Origin: Paraspadella gotoi | Taxonomy: Eukaryota > Animalia > Chaetognatha | NCBI GenBank assembly: GCA_051294375.1 | Contig: CM119267.1 | Location: 8,040,683-8,104,682, forward strand | Direction of reading: 5' to 3' | Length of the DNA: 64,000 nt | Part shown: in pieces, positions 1 through 14,660 of the stretch | Numbering within the stretch: position 1 is the stretch's first letter | Layout of the letters: every line of letters starts with the position of its first letter | The notes under the pieces: model-generated | Database searches by the model: none | Seen by the model: the letters and a program-made list of their open reading frames with translations, nothing else | Told to the model about the DNA's origin: nothing | Program-made: the position numbers and the translations under genes

Positions 1-614
1 AAAAAAACGTATAAGCTTTTATTTAAAAAAAATCTCAGGAGATATTTTTTTTGGATTGCCTAATTATAATCAATATTTTGGAAAGAAAATTAATTGGACC
101 TATATATAAAACGTAAAATAAGGATAATAATTTAGTTTTAAACGAGATTGTGTTTTGTTTAAATTGGTTAACTGACGTGTTTATTCCTTTTTATTTATGA
201 TTTATATCAATTTTGCCCCCTACCGTTCCTTTCTACTTTTCTTTTTAACTACTCCACCCCCTTTTTTCCCAAAACCCCCTCTCTTTTTTTTGTGTGTTTC
301 TGTTCCTCCCTGGTTCGCGAATCCCGGTTCCCTGTGTTTGGAGAGGGTGGATCCCTTGTGTACACTTGTTCCCCCGCCAAACTAAGTATCTCCCCCTTTT
401 TCGGCGTCTGGGCGGCGGCTGCTACCGCCGCGGCGAAGGCCGCCGCTGAGGCACCGGCGCTGCCGCGGGGTCTCTCTTTTGGTCAACGGGCACCCGGCTG
501 AGAGAGAGAGAGAGGTGGCGGTGGAGAGAGGGAATGTGGAAGGGAATAAAGTCCAAAATAAGTTTCTAGACATATCCTGGAAACGCCAGGAATACCAAAG
601 GGGAGGATCCGCGA

Positions 615-619
<5 letters not shown>

Positions 620-682
<63 letters not shown>
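620..682. repeat. (GA)n microsatellite, representative of many in the window (e.g. ~4700, 24610, 26960, 28160, 50810, 59135, 60185)
   Basis: Direct observation; these tracts explain the many ERER/LSLS spurious ORFs. Confidence 0.95.
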
Positions 683-684
<2 letters not shown>

Positions 685-1702
685 TATTGACTCAGGTTAC
701 CCCTTAAATCCTCCCCTTAACATCGACATTCCCTCGTCAGGAATATCTTGATGCCCTAAAGGGAGGAGGATATTTCTCTCCCCCTCTCTCTCTCCCTCCC
801 TCTCTCTTTTTCTCTCCCTCTCTTTCTCTCCCCCACCGAATTAGATTCTTCCTTTTCGTTGTTTTTCTGCTAAAATTTCTGAGGAAACTGAGATTTCATT
901 CTGAGATAAAAAAAAAATCTTTGCTCCTTTGCGAGGCTTCGCTCTCTTCGTCCTCGACAAAAACAAAAGATAAACACATAAATAAAAGAAGAAACAAATT
1001 CTCTGAAATGAAATCGCGAAATGAGGCGAAAGCTGACCCCGCCCTTTCAACAGAATCTTGTCCACCTTTTCTTCTCCGTCCAAATAACTATTTTCCTCCA
1101 ATTAAATGCCCAAAAGCCGTATCCTCCCTTACCACTTCACCCCCCCTTCCACCTTACCTCTCATCTTTAAACCTCCCCCCTTCCCAATCTGGACTCAAAC
1201 CCCCGCTCCCCCCCTTCCGTCGATTCTAAACCAGAATCTCTGGCGCCGCTGTTCTTTTTTTTTCTCTTTCTTCGATTTAATTCTCGCCGCCTTTCGCGTT
1301 TCCTTCGCTTTCCGCTCCGCGTCGCTCGTCGTTCGACGTCGATTTCCGACTTCTTGTTTTCCTCCCCATTACATCTCGACTGCTACCGCAACCCGAGTAC
1401 CCATTACCCGTTTCCTCTCGCATCCCGGTTGCTTTCCACTCTCGGCCTCGGACCAATCCCCGACCTAGTTTCGCTTTTTAAGACTCAGCGTTATCCTTGA
1501 CTCTTCGTATCCCACTTTCCCAGCTTACCCGCCCCAGCCCCAGCCCCAGCCCAATCCCCGTGCTCGCTTCTGGATTTCGTCAACTTGCATCGCACCGAAT
1601 CGTAATTTGAAATTTGCGTCTTTCTTTGCCGTCAAATAAAGCTTTTCGCTTTGAGGTCGAAGTTGATGGAATTGAAGAAGATTCAAATAGTGCGGGGTCA
1701 AT

Positions 1703-1810
1703 ATGCTAACAAAGGCACTAAGAGAGAGAGAGTTGAAGATACGAGTGCTTTCTTTCCCAGCCTATGCTTGTCTCTCCTTCTCTTTCTCGGGGCGTGGTTT
1801 CGAATTTAAG
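1703..1810 (+). CDS. Possible first coding exon of the KLF gene (MLTKALRERELKIRVLSFPAYACLSFSFSGRGFEFK)
   Basis: ATG at 1703 is open to an AAG|gtttgc donor in phase 0, matching the phase-0 acceptor at 2636. No homology support. Confidence 0.3.
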
Positions 1811-2635
1811 GTTTGCTTTTTTTTACTTTAAAACCCAGATACAACCACGCCCGTTTTCTTCTTTATTGATAAAGAAAAGTTCGTTAGTATCTAGTTATAA
1901 TTCGCAAACGAACGGAAGAACCAACGATTTCAAGTTATTATACCAAAAAGAAAAAAAAACCATTGTTTTTTCTTTCATTGTGAACACCCTCCACACGCCC
2001 CCCCCCAAAAAAAAACCCTCAAAAATTGAGTTCATTTTTTTCTCCTTTTCTTCTTCCTTCGGTTTCGTCCCCTCTCTCTATTTGTTTTGCTTTTCTTTAT
2101 TTAAAACATTTTATTTTCCGTTTATTTTTGTTTCCCCTTCTCGACCCTTCGGTCTCTTGTTCCGCGGATCCGCCCATACAAATAAAATTTAAAAAATGGC
2201 GATTTGAAAAAAAAAAAATGGTTTAGCTAAAAAAAAAATTAGAGCTCGGATAAAATTGAACCTAAAAACACTATGTTGTCCCTCGAAAAAAAAGGAGCCA
2301 AATCGACTTGTTTGAAATCATTAACTTTTTGAATTTTCCGTTAAGTAAACAAATAATTTGGGAGGATGGCGTTATTATTTTTATATTTCACTTCATTTAA
2401 TTGTTTTTATTCTTTATTGACTTATATTCGTTTTTTTTTAAATTTAAATTTTACGTTTAATCACCTTTAAATAATAAAATATTTTTATACATAGTAGACC
2501 AGTAATTTTTAAACGCTTGATTCTAATATCTTTTAACGCAAATCGAAAATATCAGAACAGTTTAAACTTGATAATAATATCATAGCTAAACTTTGCTTTT
2601 TTAAAAACGGTTTCCTCTTTTTCTCTCTTCCGCAG

Positions 2636-5094
<2,459 letters not shown>

Positions 5095-6784
5095 CGTGCC
5101 CCAGGTTTGTTTTAGAGCTTTTGCTTTTTAGGCCTATTATTTTGTTTCATTGGCATTTAACTTTCTTTAACTTTCTTTAACTTTCTTCACAGAAACATCG
5201 GAATCACTGAAACTTTTTAATGCTCTTTTGTTGAAAGACTTCGCTAGAAATTGTCCTGGCAGAGGTCGCGCAAAAGCGGATACACGACGGAAGGAAGACG
5301 AAACAAAATACCACGATGATAATGAAAACATTTTTTGCTTCCGTTCGTAAAAAGTTTTCCGTATCAGGGTAAAACGGTTATTCGTTTGTTTGTTTTTAAA
5401 ACTTTTAGCCTTTTTAAAATAATTGAAGGTTATGTTACTAAATGCAAAAATCTTTAGGTGAAAAAAAAGGAAATAAATTTACATTAAATTAAACATGAGT
5501 TAGATTTAAAGGTAATTTGCACTTTTTTATATTTCATGAAATAAAGTTTTTTGAGAATTATTCTAATCGTTTTAGACCTTGTTTTTAATCCGGAAAACTT
5601 TTAAAATTACTCACACAATCAGCAGAATATCGGATTTTAGATGGAAGAAGTTGTTTATTGGCGCTGTGATCAGTTATAGCCTTTTTTTGCTAACTATTCC
5701 ACCTCAATGACGAACCATGATTTTTCGTGTAACCACCGCAATTAAATCCCCCCTATTGACGATTTTCCCACCAAAGAAACACCATCTGGTTTTTTTTTGG
5801 CGCGAAACAAAAAAGCTAAAAGATAACATAAAAACACTATTTACACAAGCTGTCTCTCTCACTCTCTCTCTCTCGCCAATTTGTGCCATATTTAGACACT
5901 GTCGTTCTCTGTACAAAAGAAACATTGTAAGTACATATTATGCTGGACATAATGGAAATATCTCTATCGTCTGGTGCTTATTATTATACCACTTAACAAT
6001 ATGTGCCTTTTACTAAGAAAACTTCTTTATCAACCCGAGTTCGATACTCTGACCTGAGAATATTGATTGTTTGTTTGAAGAATCGGAGGTAGTCTCTGTT
6101 GATAATTTACTTTTCATAACCGTTATCTATCTCATTGTTTTTTTTTTCTCTCTAAGATATGTGATCACGCGTTTCTATCAAAAATTGAAAAAAAAAATTG
6201 AAAGAAAAAAGACGCGATGCATTAACTCGTCCCGTTGTTAATTCGTGGTTAATCGAATCGGTTTTACGATCGTTACGCGAATTAATTTATCTTAATTTTG
6301 TTTTCCAAAACTAAATAGTATAAAATATTAACGAGAAATCGGCCTTACACAAAATTATTCCTGTGAAAGCTTAACTTTGAAACGTGAAGTCCAGACAGAA
6401 ATTTTTGGACTGCTACCACTGTTCTTCCCAACTAACTTTTGGTTCCAAGTGTGATACTGCCTTAACTCATTCTATGAAACTTGCATTATTATAATTCTGC
6501 GTAAATTCACGTTTTGTTCCAACGAATTTATTGGAGTTAGTACTATAAATCATGAAAACTGAGTTAGACTAGAATAAAAAATATGAAACCTTTTAATTAT
6601 TAACACTTTTTAACATTTTTAAATATAAAAAACAAGTAAAAAGAAATCTACCTCAAATTGATTATTCGGAATGCAAATATTAGCTCTGCAGAACCACTGC
6701 ACTTATATATCTTACAATGGTTAAATATTAAAAGAATAAGAACGAATTATACTTGAAAAACCTTTCATACGGAGTAAATCGTAT

Positions 6785-7889
6785 TCATTCGAAGAATCCT
6801 TCAGGATTTTCTCTGAAAGAAATAAAGAAACAAAACGGTTACTTTTTGAAAGTAATCGATCAATAAAACCATGGCTTATGTAATATATACCCGACGTTAC
6901 TATTTGCAATCAAAAAGATATTGCTTAAACAGTAAATACTACCTGATGACATCGGCGGGAATATTCCTTCCCCTTTTCAAAGAGTCAGCGAATTTCGCAA
7001 CGATGGGATCCCAGTTCATAGACGACGCAGCAACCACGTGGTCATCTCCGGATTCGTTTTTGGCGACATAAAAAGCCGCGAACTTGTAATTGTCCAAGTC
7101 TCCATGAATGACGACGTCGTCATATCCGTTCGCGGCCAATCCTGAGGTAATTAAACCTTTTCTTTTTTGCGGCATTAAAATATTCTACGGATTGAGGCAT
7201 ATTCAGGGCTGCTGCGGAATCAGGAATCAGGACGAAAAGTTGACAGCCCAGTTTGGGATCGAACCCGGGACTGTCATGGCAGGAGTGCGAAACAGTATCC
7301 CTCGCTCTACGAAGCCTCTGCTACCCGAGAGATTCACGGGTCATCAGATACACAAATTTATATCAAATTTACTGACCGGCGTATCTTAAACTTTTCCCAT
7401 ATTGCATCGACCAGAAAAAAGGCACTGTGTCTAATATTTGCTTGCACTCGGTTTCGTTGGCATCGGCAGCGATGTTGGAGCCAGCCACGTGTCCCGTCTT
7501 CAACGCCATCTGCCAATGGCCTATTGATACGCGACCCCCCTTGACGACCGGTAGTGGAAATTCGGCCACGTCGCCCGCCGCCCACACGTAAGGAGAGGAC
7601 GTGCGGAGAAACTAAATCGGAATCAGTTAACACAGTAATCAATAATCATAGCAAAATTATCCTTTGTGGCGGTATATTCACACCGCCTCACGTCCATCAT
7701 CCTTCAGCCAAATCCATTGGCTCAGAGGGGGAACACACCATCCCAGGCGTAGTGTTCTTGGGTAACCGCGCCAGTGACTGGAGGCGTCACTGAGGGTCGG
7801 AAGCCTCCAAAGCCAACAGTGAGATGCCCCATCCCAATGGGCATCACAGGCAACCCGGCTGTTGCCATACCTTCCAAATTTTTTTAGAT

Positions 7890-7925
<36 letters not shown>

Positions 7926-10900
7926 CAGTCAAAATACAAAGATTTATATACATATGTTTTGTATTGTCCAATGTAATGCATTCAACATCCATTTGGGCTA
8001 AAGGGATTATATTAGGTTTGGTAACATATACATGTTAACATTAAATTCAGGGATAAAGGAACAGAAATAAGGCACTTTTGGTAAAGAGAGCCTATTTTCT
8101 CTTCTTATTTTATATACTCACTTGATCGACAGCGACGTAACCGGCAGCGTTGAGTGTTACTCCGCTCGATTCCACCGGACGCAAAAGCTCCGAGTTGGGT
8201 TCCACGCCGGCGCCAACGATTAAAATGTCGAGGGGCAAATCTGTTGGAGGATGTTGGGTAATAATCTAAAGTTTGAGGCGAATTTTAAATATTACAAAAT
8301 GATTGTAAAGTTAATGCCGCAATTATTCGACCTCCTAATGGGCCCTCCTTCGACTTGAGCGAGACAGAAGTGACCCGACCGCTGGCGTTCGTCGTCGCCA
8401 TGGAGATCGTGGCGCCAGTTTTAATTATGACCCCCTTCGATTTGTGAAGCTGCAAGAGATATTTCGACAAGTCGTATTCGTTACTACTTAATGACATTAG
8501 CTAAAACTAAAGCTGCGAAACACTTGATGACGTGATGAGGTGAGAAATATTTTTTTTGCGTCGAAAAGGCTTTCACCGCCACTTGGCTACTACTGATTTT
8601 TCTCTCTTTTTTTTTACTCTCTTTCTTCACGATTTCTGCCGTCAACAATTTTCTAACTTTCTCGTCTTCTTGCTCTTAATGTTCTTATAATAATACAAAT
8701 GTTTTATCATATCAGATACATTATGTTCCTGCCGACCTTCATAAGCGCCTCTCCAATCCGTTTGCCGACGACGTTTTGCAGAGGAACCGACGAGCGACTT
8801 ATGACCGTCACGGATTTGGCCTTGTCGCTCAAGTAGGCGGCGACTTCCATTCCGATGAAGCCGGAACCCAAGATGACCACGTGGGCCCCTTGAGCTTCGT
8901 CGGCGATGGCGTTGGCATTGCCGGGCGTCCTCAGATACTTAACGTTGGGAGGCGCGGCGTCGTCGGCGATACCCGGCGCGCGAAAGCGGCGCGGTCGGGC
9001 GCCGGTGGCCAAGAGAAGGTGGCTGAAAAAAAAAAGATCGTTAAAGCTTTTTTATATGACCGCTGATAATGAATACTACTTAATCTTTCTTTCTTCACAA
9101 AGGATTAATTTTTTTTACACAGTCGTGATTCAAACAGTGTTCTGTTTCGCGATCTCTATCGCAAAATCGCAGAAGTGATGATCAGAAAACTGTCTTAAAC
9201 ATAATTTAAAAAAAAAACAAGTCCACGTAAAAATTTTTTTAAAAAACCAAAACCAATGCAAAAAAAAAAGGTAAAAATTAAAAAAGAAAGAAAAATAAAC
9301 AGATAAACCGATTCCATCTACGATGTAATAATAATACAAGTATACAGATGAAAACAATGCGATACTGTTTTGGTGACAGATTCTATCGCTGCCAGATTTT
9401 TTCGACCTGAACTGAACTTGAGATCCGGCGCCGCAAAAGGCCGTCTTGGAGGCGAACTCGATTTTCTCGACTCTGGCGCCGACGAGAACCTCGACGTCGA
9501 TGGAACCGAGAAAATCCGCGTCACGGAGAAGAAGTGAGGACGGCGACGACGACAGCGCCTGGGGAAATATAGTCTAGTTCTATTTCTAAACTCCATAATC
9601 AAACATTATTATCAAGTATTTCAATTAATGAAATAAACTTTAAAGCTGTCCTTTTTTTGCAGACTGTTTTGAGTACTAAGTGATTTCATTTATGCAAACA
9701 CCATTTATAATGNNNNNNNNNNCTGTCATTTTTTACAGACGTATGTCGTGACTGTTTTGAGTACTTAGTGATTTCATTTATGCAAACACCATTTATAATG
9801 ATTCACCTTACTGAGTTTCGTACGGTCGTAAGGGGGACATGCTTCCTCGGTCGCCATGACGACTCGTCCTTGAAAACCGTTTTGACGTAGCGACTCCGCC
9901 GCCGCCATGGCCGCCCCGCCTTTTGAGTCCAAGCGATTGAAGAATTGGACCCATATCCATTGAATTAACTGTAAATAATAATATCTCACCTCCTCCTACG
10001 ATTAAAACGCACTGGGTCGACGATGACACTCGCCGACACATTTCCTTGACCCGGCGTGTCGGCAGGGTCGGCGAACTATCCGTTGACGATGCTGACTGCA
10101 AAAGAATGTGAATATCTTCTGAATCAAATTTTTGATGAGATTTTAAGTCAGATGTTAAGTTATAGTACAAAAATACCGTTTAAAATCACTTCAAATTACA
10201 TTATTTTTATTTTTAATAATTACATTTTCAAATACAATCCCCCACCTTCGAATTTTGACGAAGACTCGATCGTCCCTGACAACGACTCCGTAAACCGGGA
10301 TCGAGTCTAAACCCGGAAAATCCTCGATGTCTCCCGTTTTTGCGTTAGCAGGCGCCGTGCCACGGGCAACGTACGCGCCCGGACGAATAATTTCCTGTGG
10401 AGGTTAAGGGAGGGGGGTTTCGAGCCATACATTGATTATCGAGAGTCGATATCTCGGCAGCCCATTATAGAACAGCACCTTTGACGAGCGGCGCTCCAAA
10501 GTGCGAGCATTTCGGTCCTATGGCGGAGATTTTCCCCTGGTCTTTGATCAACAAAACTTTCTGATTTTTGAAAACAGCGACTTCGCGCATTCTGGGGAAG
10601 AAATTAAGGGGGGGGACATGGTTAGGACACGAAAGGATGGTATGGCGACGGAGAGACATGTGTGATGCCCGGGGTGTGAGGCATCTTCCGACAATGGTTT
10701 GCTTATACTGGCACCATTACACTAAACCTGCGTGACAGAGTGGGGATTGAAGTCGGAACTCACGGTTGATAAGCGAGCACTTAAGTGCCAAAAATAATGG
10801 GACGAGCTTTACCAAGCTATACTGGAGGCGAAATTAGGAATCGCCACAATGGATACAAATTTTTCAAACTTATAAAACTAAAACAAAAAACCGAGAATGG

Positions 10901-11548
10901 GTTTCCCGAGTTAGAAACGACTCTGTGTAATTCAATTTGTACGCCCTGTACAAGTATTTTTGAATGGGCACTTTTCATCTCTGATTCAAATTAGGCAATT
11001 ATCTACACTGCAGCGTAAAAAAAAGAAGACACTTGTTAGCTCTAAAAAAACCTCACTTTTTTTTTAATTTTGGGAAAAATTATATAAAAAGTTTAGCTTT
11101 TTTCCAAAGCTATCAATTGGTGCACTGATGATAAAAGATTGTTTTTCTATAACGTTTCTTTACTTATTTTAATTTGATATAGGTAAAAAATGGTTGACAT
11201 CTATCCTTACAGATATTGTATGCTGAATTTGTTCAGCCAATTTCATATTATAAACATTTTATAATAGGAAAAAAAAAAAAGAAACTAATTTCGTTTTTTT
11301 CGATTTTTTGTACCAATCGATTTTCACGTCCTATAACTTTTGAACGCTTTGCTCGATTTTATTAAGCCTTGAACCAATTGCTTCATCTTTCAATAAGCTT
11401 TATTTTAAATTTTTACATCCAATACTATTTTTTGACGTGAAAAAGTAGCCCCTTTTTTTTTTGCGCCGCAGTGTAGTATGATAATAATTCCTTACTCTCC
11501 ATCGGCCAAATCGTCTGGTCCGACGTTGATTTCCATCGTCTCTTCCAT
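6785..11548 (-). CDS. AIFM3: Apoptosis-inducing factor 3-like Rieske + FAD/NAD oxidoreductase (exons 11548-11496, 10591-10479, 10394-10246, 10095-9990, 9919-9807, 9558-9407, 9022-8737, 8449-8332, 8240-8122, 7611-7377, 7141-6943, 6812-6785)
   Basis: Rieske motifs LADGEMREV...KCSHFGAPLVKG...RVRCPWHGAC. FAD/NAD motifs VLIVGGGGAA, PYDRTKLSK, LLLATGARPR, VVILGSGFIGMEVA, VWAAGDVA, HWQMA, TVPFFWSMQYGKSLRYAG. All introns are GT-AG. Exon 3 needs indel correction (see findings). Confidence 0.92.
7244..7316 (-). ncRNA. tRNA-like Pol III element (pseudo-tRNA or SINE head) in an AIFM3 intron
   Basis: Minus strand reads GGCTTCGTAGAGCGAGGG (A-box-like)...CCCGGGTTCGATCCC (B box). Spacing is tRNA-like, but the T-stem and acceptor stem are imperfect. 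Confidence 0.55.
7665..7923. other. GC-rich multi-hairpin element followed by an A30 tract, in an AIFM3 intron
   Basis: Six short inverted-repeat stems in 210 nt within AT-rich intron sequence; A-run at 7894-7923. Confidence 0.5.
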
Positions 11549-14500
11549 CGTCGTCGTTGTCGTAGTCGATCGAGGACGATCTTAAGTAGGGATGCAAAAT
11601 TTAAATTTTTTTATTAATGTTAATCGACTCCAAACGACTTATTTTTGTCGGAAACAATTTCGCGGACCTTGTCAAAAAGACTCTAAACTTACCGACTTGG
11701 ATTATAAATCATTGTTTATTAATTTGTCTTCGTTTCTTACATCGTTTTGATTTCAGCTCAGTGAGCGTCGAGTTATATTATTCATAGAAAGTACTTACAA
11801 CACAGAACTACGATCATAATGTAAATGACGCATATTTCGTGTAATATTTGTTTGTTTTGTTTAAAACTTAACTTAGAAGTAATAAAACATAATATATATT
11901 ATCAAAGGTTCTTCCATTACCAGTTCTCAGGCCAACACTCTTCCTTCTAGGCGGCGCCTTAACCGATTCGGGGATCCGCTGGGGCTGCGGCGATCTCGGC
12001 TGTCGCTGTGGATAGAGGTTTTGCGAAAGTTCCTGTTGAACGGGACGCCGCGGTTGGACGAGAGGCTGTTGTTGATTGGAACCCCTGGGTGGAGGGCTAA
12101 GGATTGGCTCAACAGAGACGATCTTCTGCTTCGGAGAAACCGGGGGTCTCGGAGGTCGAGCGGGTCGTCGATGAGAGTCCGGAAGAGGTCGTCCCGTGGA
12201 AGGTGAAGTCTCGAGAGAATTAGACGAGCCTGAAAGGTTTATTATTTATTTATTTATTCCCAAATTAAAATTCAATTTTAAGTTATAAACATTTTTATTC
12301 GTAAAAATAACAATGAGCATGTTTACCTCCCACTAATTTTTTTATTTAATTTTCATGCATAAAATTGAACGTTTTGTACTATTTCGCAAAAATTTTGCTT
12401 TTTTGGTTTCTCTTTTTAATTCTTAATATCACTTGAAAATGTTCCAAAACGAAGGCATGACGATTGCACGAAAAAAAATTTGAAATAAATATTAATCAAA
12501 TCTTTTATGTTAGCATTTAAGAGAAAACTCATTGATTTCTAGGGGCGAAATCAAGATGAAGTTTTATTCTGAGAATAAAAGTGACTAAAAATCAAAATGG
12601 TTACAAAATTTAAAAAAAAAATTTTTAAATATAATCAAAAGGCAATTTTATTGCTACCGACTGGCGTAATCGACGGAGAGAGAAAATAAAAAAAAGTATT
12701 TTAGAGTTGAAATCGACGGCCCGGTTGTCAATTAACACTACGCATAGGATAACTGGATTTCCCCACTTATTTTTGCAGAAATAGTTATTTCAATAAAGGG
12801 TCGAAGTTGAATTAAGCCATTGATGATATTGTAAAAATATTTCCGAATAAGTCACACACACATTGGTGCGATATAAATTCTTTGCTTAAGCATAACTGTG
12901 TAACAAGTAGTTTAGTAACATTACAGGGTAACAAGTAACTCTGAAATTTTCCTAGTAATACCGTCGTAGTTAATTAATAATGACAATTTTAAGGACACTC
13001 TAATTAGTAAACAGGGTTTAAGGTCTCACGAAATAATTGCAGCTAAGATATATAATTTGCATATTTTGCATAACGACGTGTTCTGGTTTCCTTATTTAAC
13101 AAGATGTTAATGAGGCTTAAATTCTTTTATTTTTGTTTTCATTTAATTTCGGAAAGTTTAGAGGGCATTTTTAAAGCTGTTTTTCTGAGAAATCCTCTTT
13201 TACGTCTTTCGGTTGCGGAGAAACTTCCTATTAAAAATCTTTAAAAGGAACAACAGAAAGTGAAAGCTGCTAAAATCGGATTAAGCGCGTAAACAAGAGA
13301 ACGAAATACGAACGATCTTTTATTCATTTCTCGTTAACCCGTTGTCTTTTTGTTTCGTCTCGTAGATGTCGCCAGAGACTAAGACAAGACGCGATTGTTT
13401 TAACGAGGCGTCAAAAGATGCGTCGTCACTGATTCCTCGTTGGATTTGGAAGCCTCGTTTGATGCCTCTCAGTTTCTGCGCATGGTCTCACCAAAGAACA
13501 ACAACAGTATGAATGGGCGTTTTTTAAAACAAAACAAAACAAAAAAAAAACGAAGAAAAACATTCGTCTTGACATTTATACGAAGTAAAAAATATTAAAA
13601 GAAATAGAAGGAAAAGTTTAAAGTATTATACAAACAAAAACTCTTATTCCGTTCTTTGCTACCGATTTTAGTTTCTCTCTCTCTCTCTGTCTTTCTTTTA
13701 TTCATTCACTCGTGATGTCGAGTTAAAACAAGACTGAAAAAAAGAAATCACCAAACTCTTTTTTTTCTTTAATTAGTTCCTGTGTGTCTTTCACTTTTCT
13801 ATTCCCTGAAAATCCGGGACATTTGAGTGAAGGAACATTCGAGCGAATTCAACATCCGCACAAGTTTAAAAGGAATTCGGGTTCCATTCTCTTTCCATCC
13901 TCTGTTCTCACTTGAAGAAAATTCACAAGAAAAGGCCGAACCGTGCCGATTTTCTAAATTTAATTGGGGATGTAACTCCTTTTTTTTTTCTAATTAGTTC
14001 GTTAACTTCGTCATTCAAGTGATTTAGATTTGGTAACCTTGGTACTGCTTAATTTTAAACATCGATTTTTTTTTCGCATCGACGGTTCTCGCCAGGCACA
14101 TTTTTGGACAAAAAAAAAACCTTCACTAGAGATTGAACGAGACTCGAGTGAATGCCTCACGATATATACATAATATTACTATATATATATATCTTCCAAA
14201 CAAACATTATAACTCGGTCATATTCTTCAAAAGAGCATGTATCGGAATTTTAGCTAATTTATAACTTTGTATGAAAACGATCGATTTTAAAACTTCAAAC
14301 GTTAATAGATTCAACAGCTTATCGAAAAGTAAAGAGAATTTTAACCTTTCGAAAGAAAAAAAAAAAATATGATGAAAAACGTTTATATCATTTCTTTTCG
14401 GTTCCCTTCACTTTTTTTTTTCGTTTCCCAAAGGAAATAAGAAAAGGCGAGCGAAGTCTTTATTTTTACTTCCTTTTTTATTAGGTATTTTATCACTGAA

Positions 14501-14660
14501 ACGGAGCTTTCGATAACTAGGTCTGTTTGGGTTACAATCACTCCAACAGTCACGCATTCTAAATCGTGGGAGTTTAAAGATTTTTTTTTCCCTTCCTCTC
14601 CTAGATTTTGGAGAAAAAACTGAATGAAACGATAAACAATATAAAAACAATCGACCCACG

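Noticed and set aside
479-751. ORFs rich in ERER or LSLS here and throughout the window
   Set aside because: They are translations of (GA)n/(CT)n microsatellites, with no other coding evidence.
9647-9800. Short tandem duplication in an AIFM3 intron
   Set aside because: The copies sit on either side of a 10-N gap, which points to a contig-overlap artefact.
10720-10800. Twister or HDV ribozyme
   Set aside because: Partial motifs (UAA, GGU...AAGC) are present, but the required P2/T1 or P3-L3 pairings could not be built.
12658-12660. 3-nt microexon on the minus strand (CAG|TCG|GTAGCA)
   Set aside because: The donor is weak and there is no gene model to attach it to.
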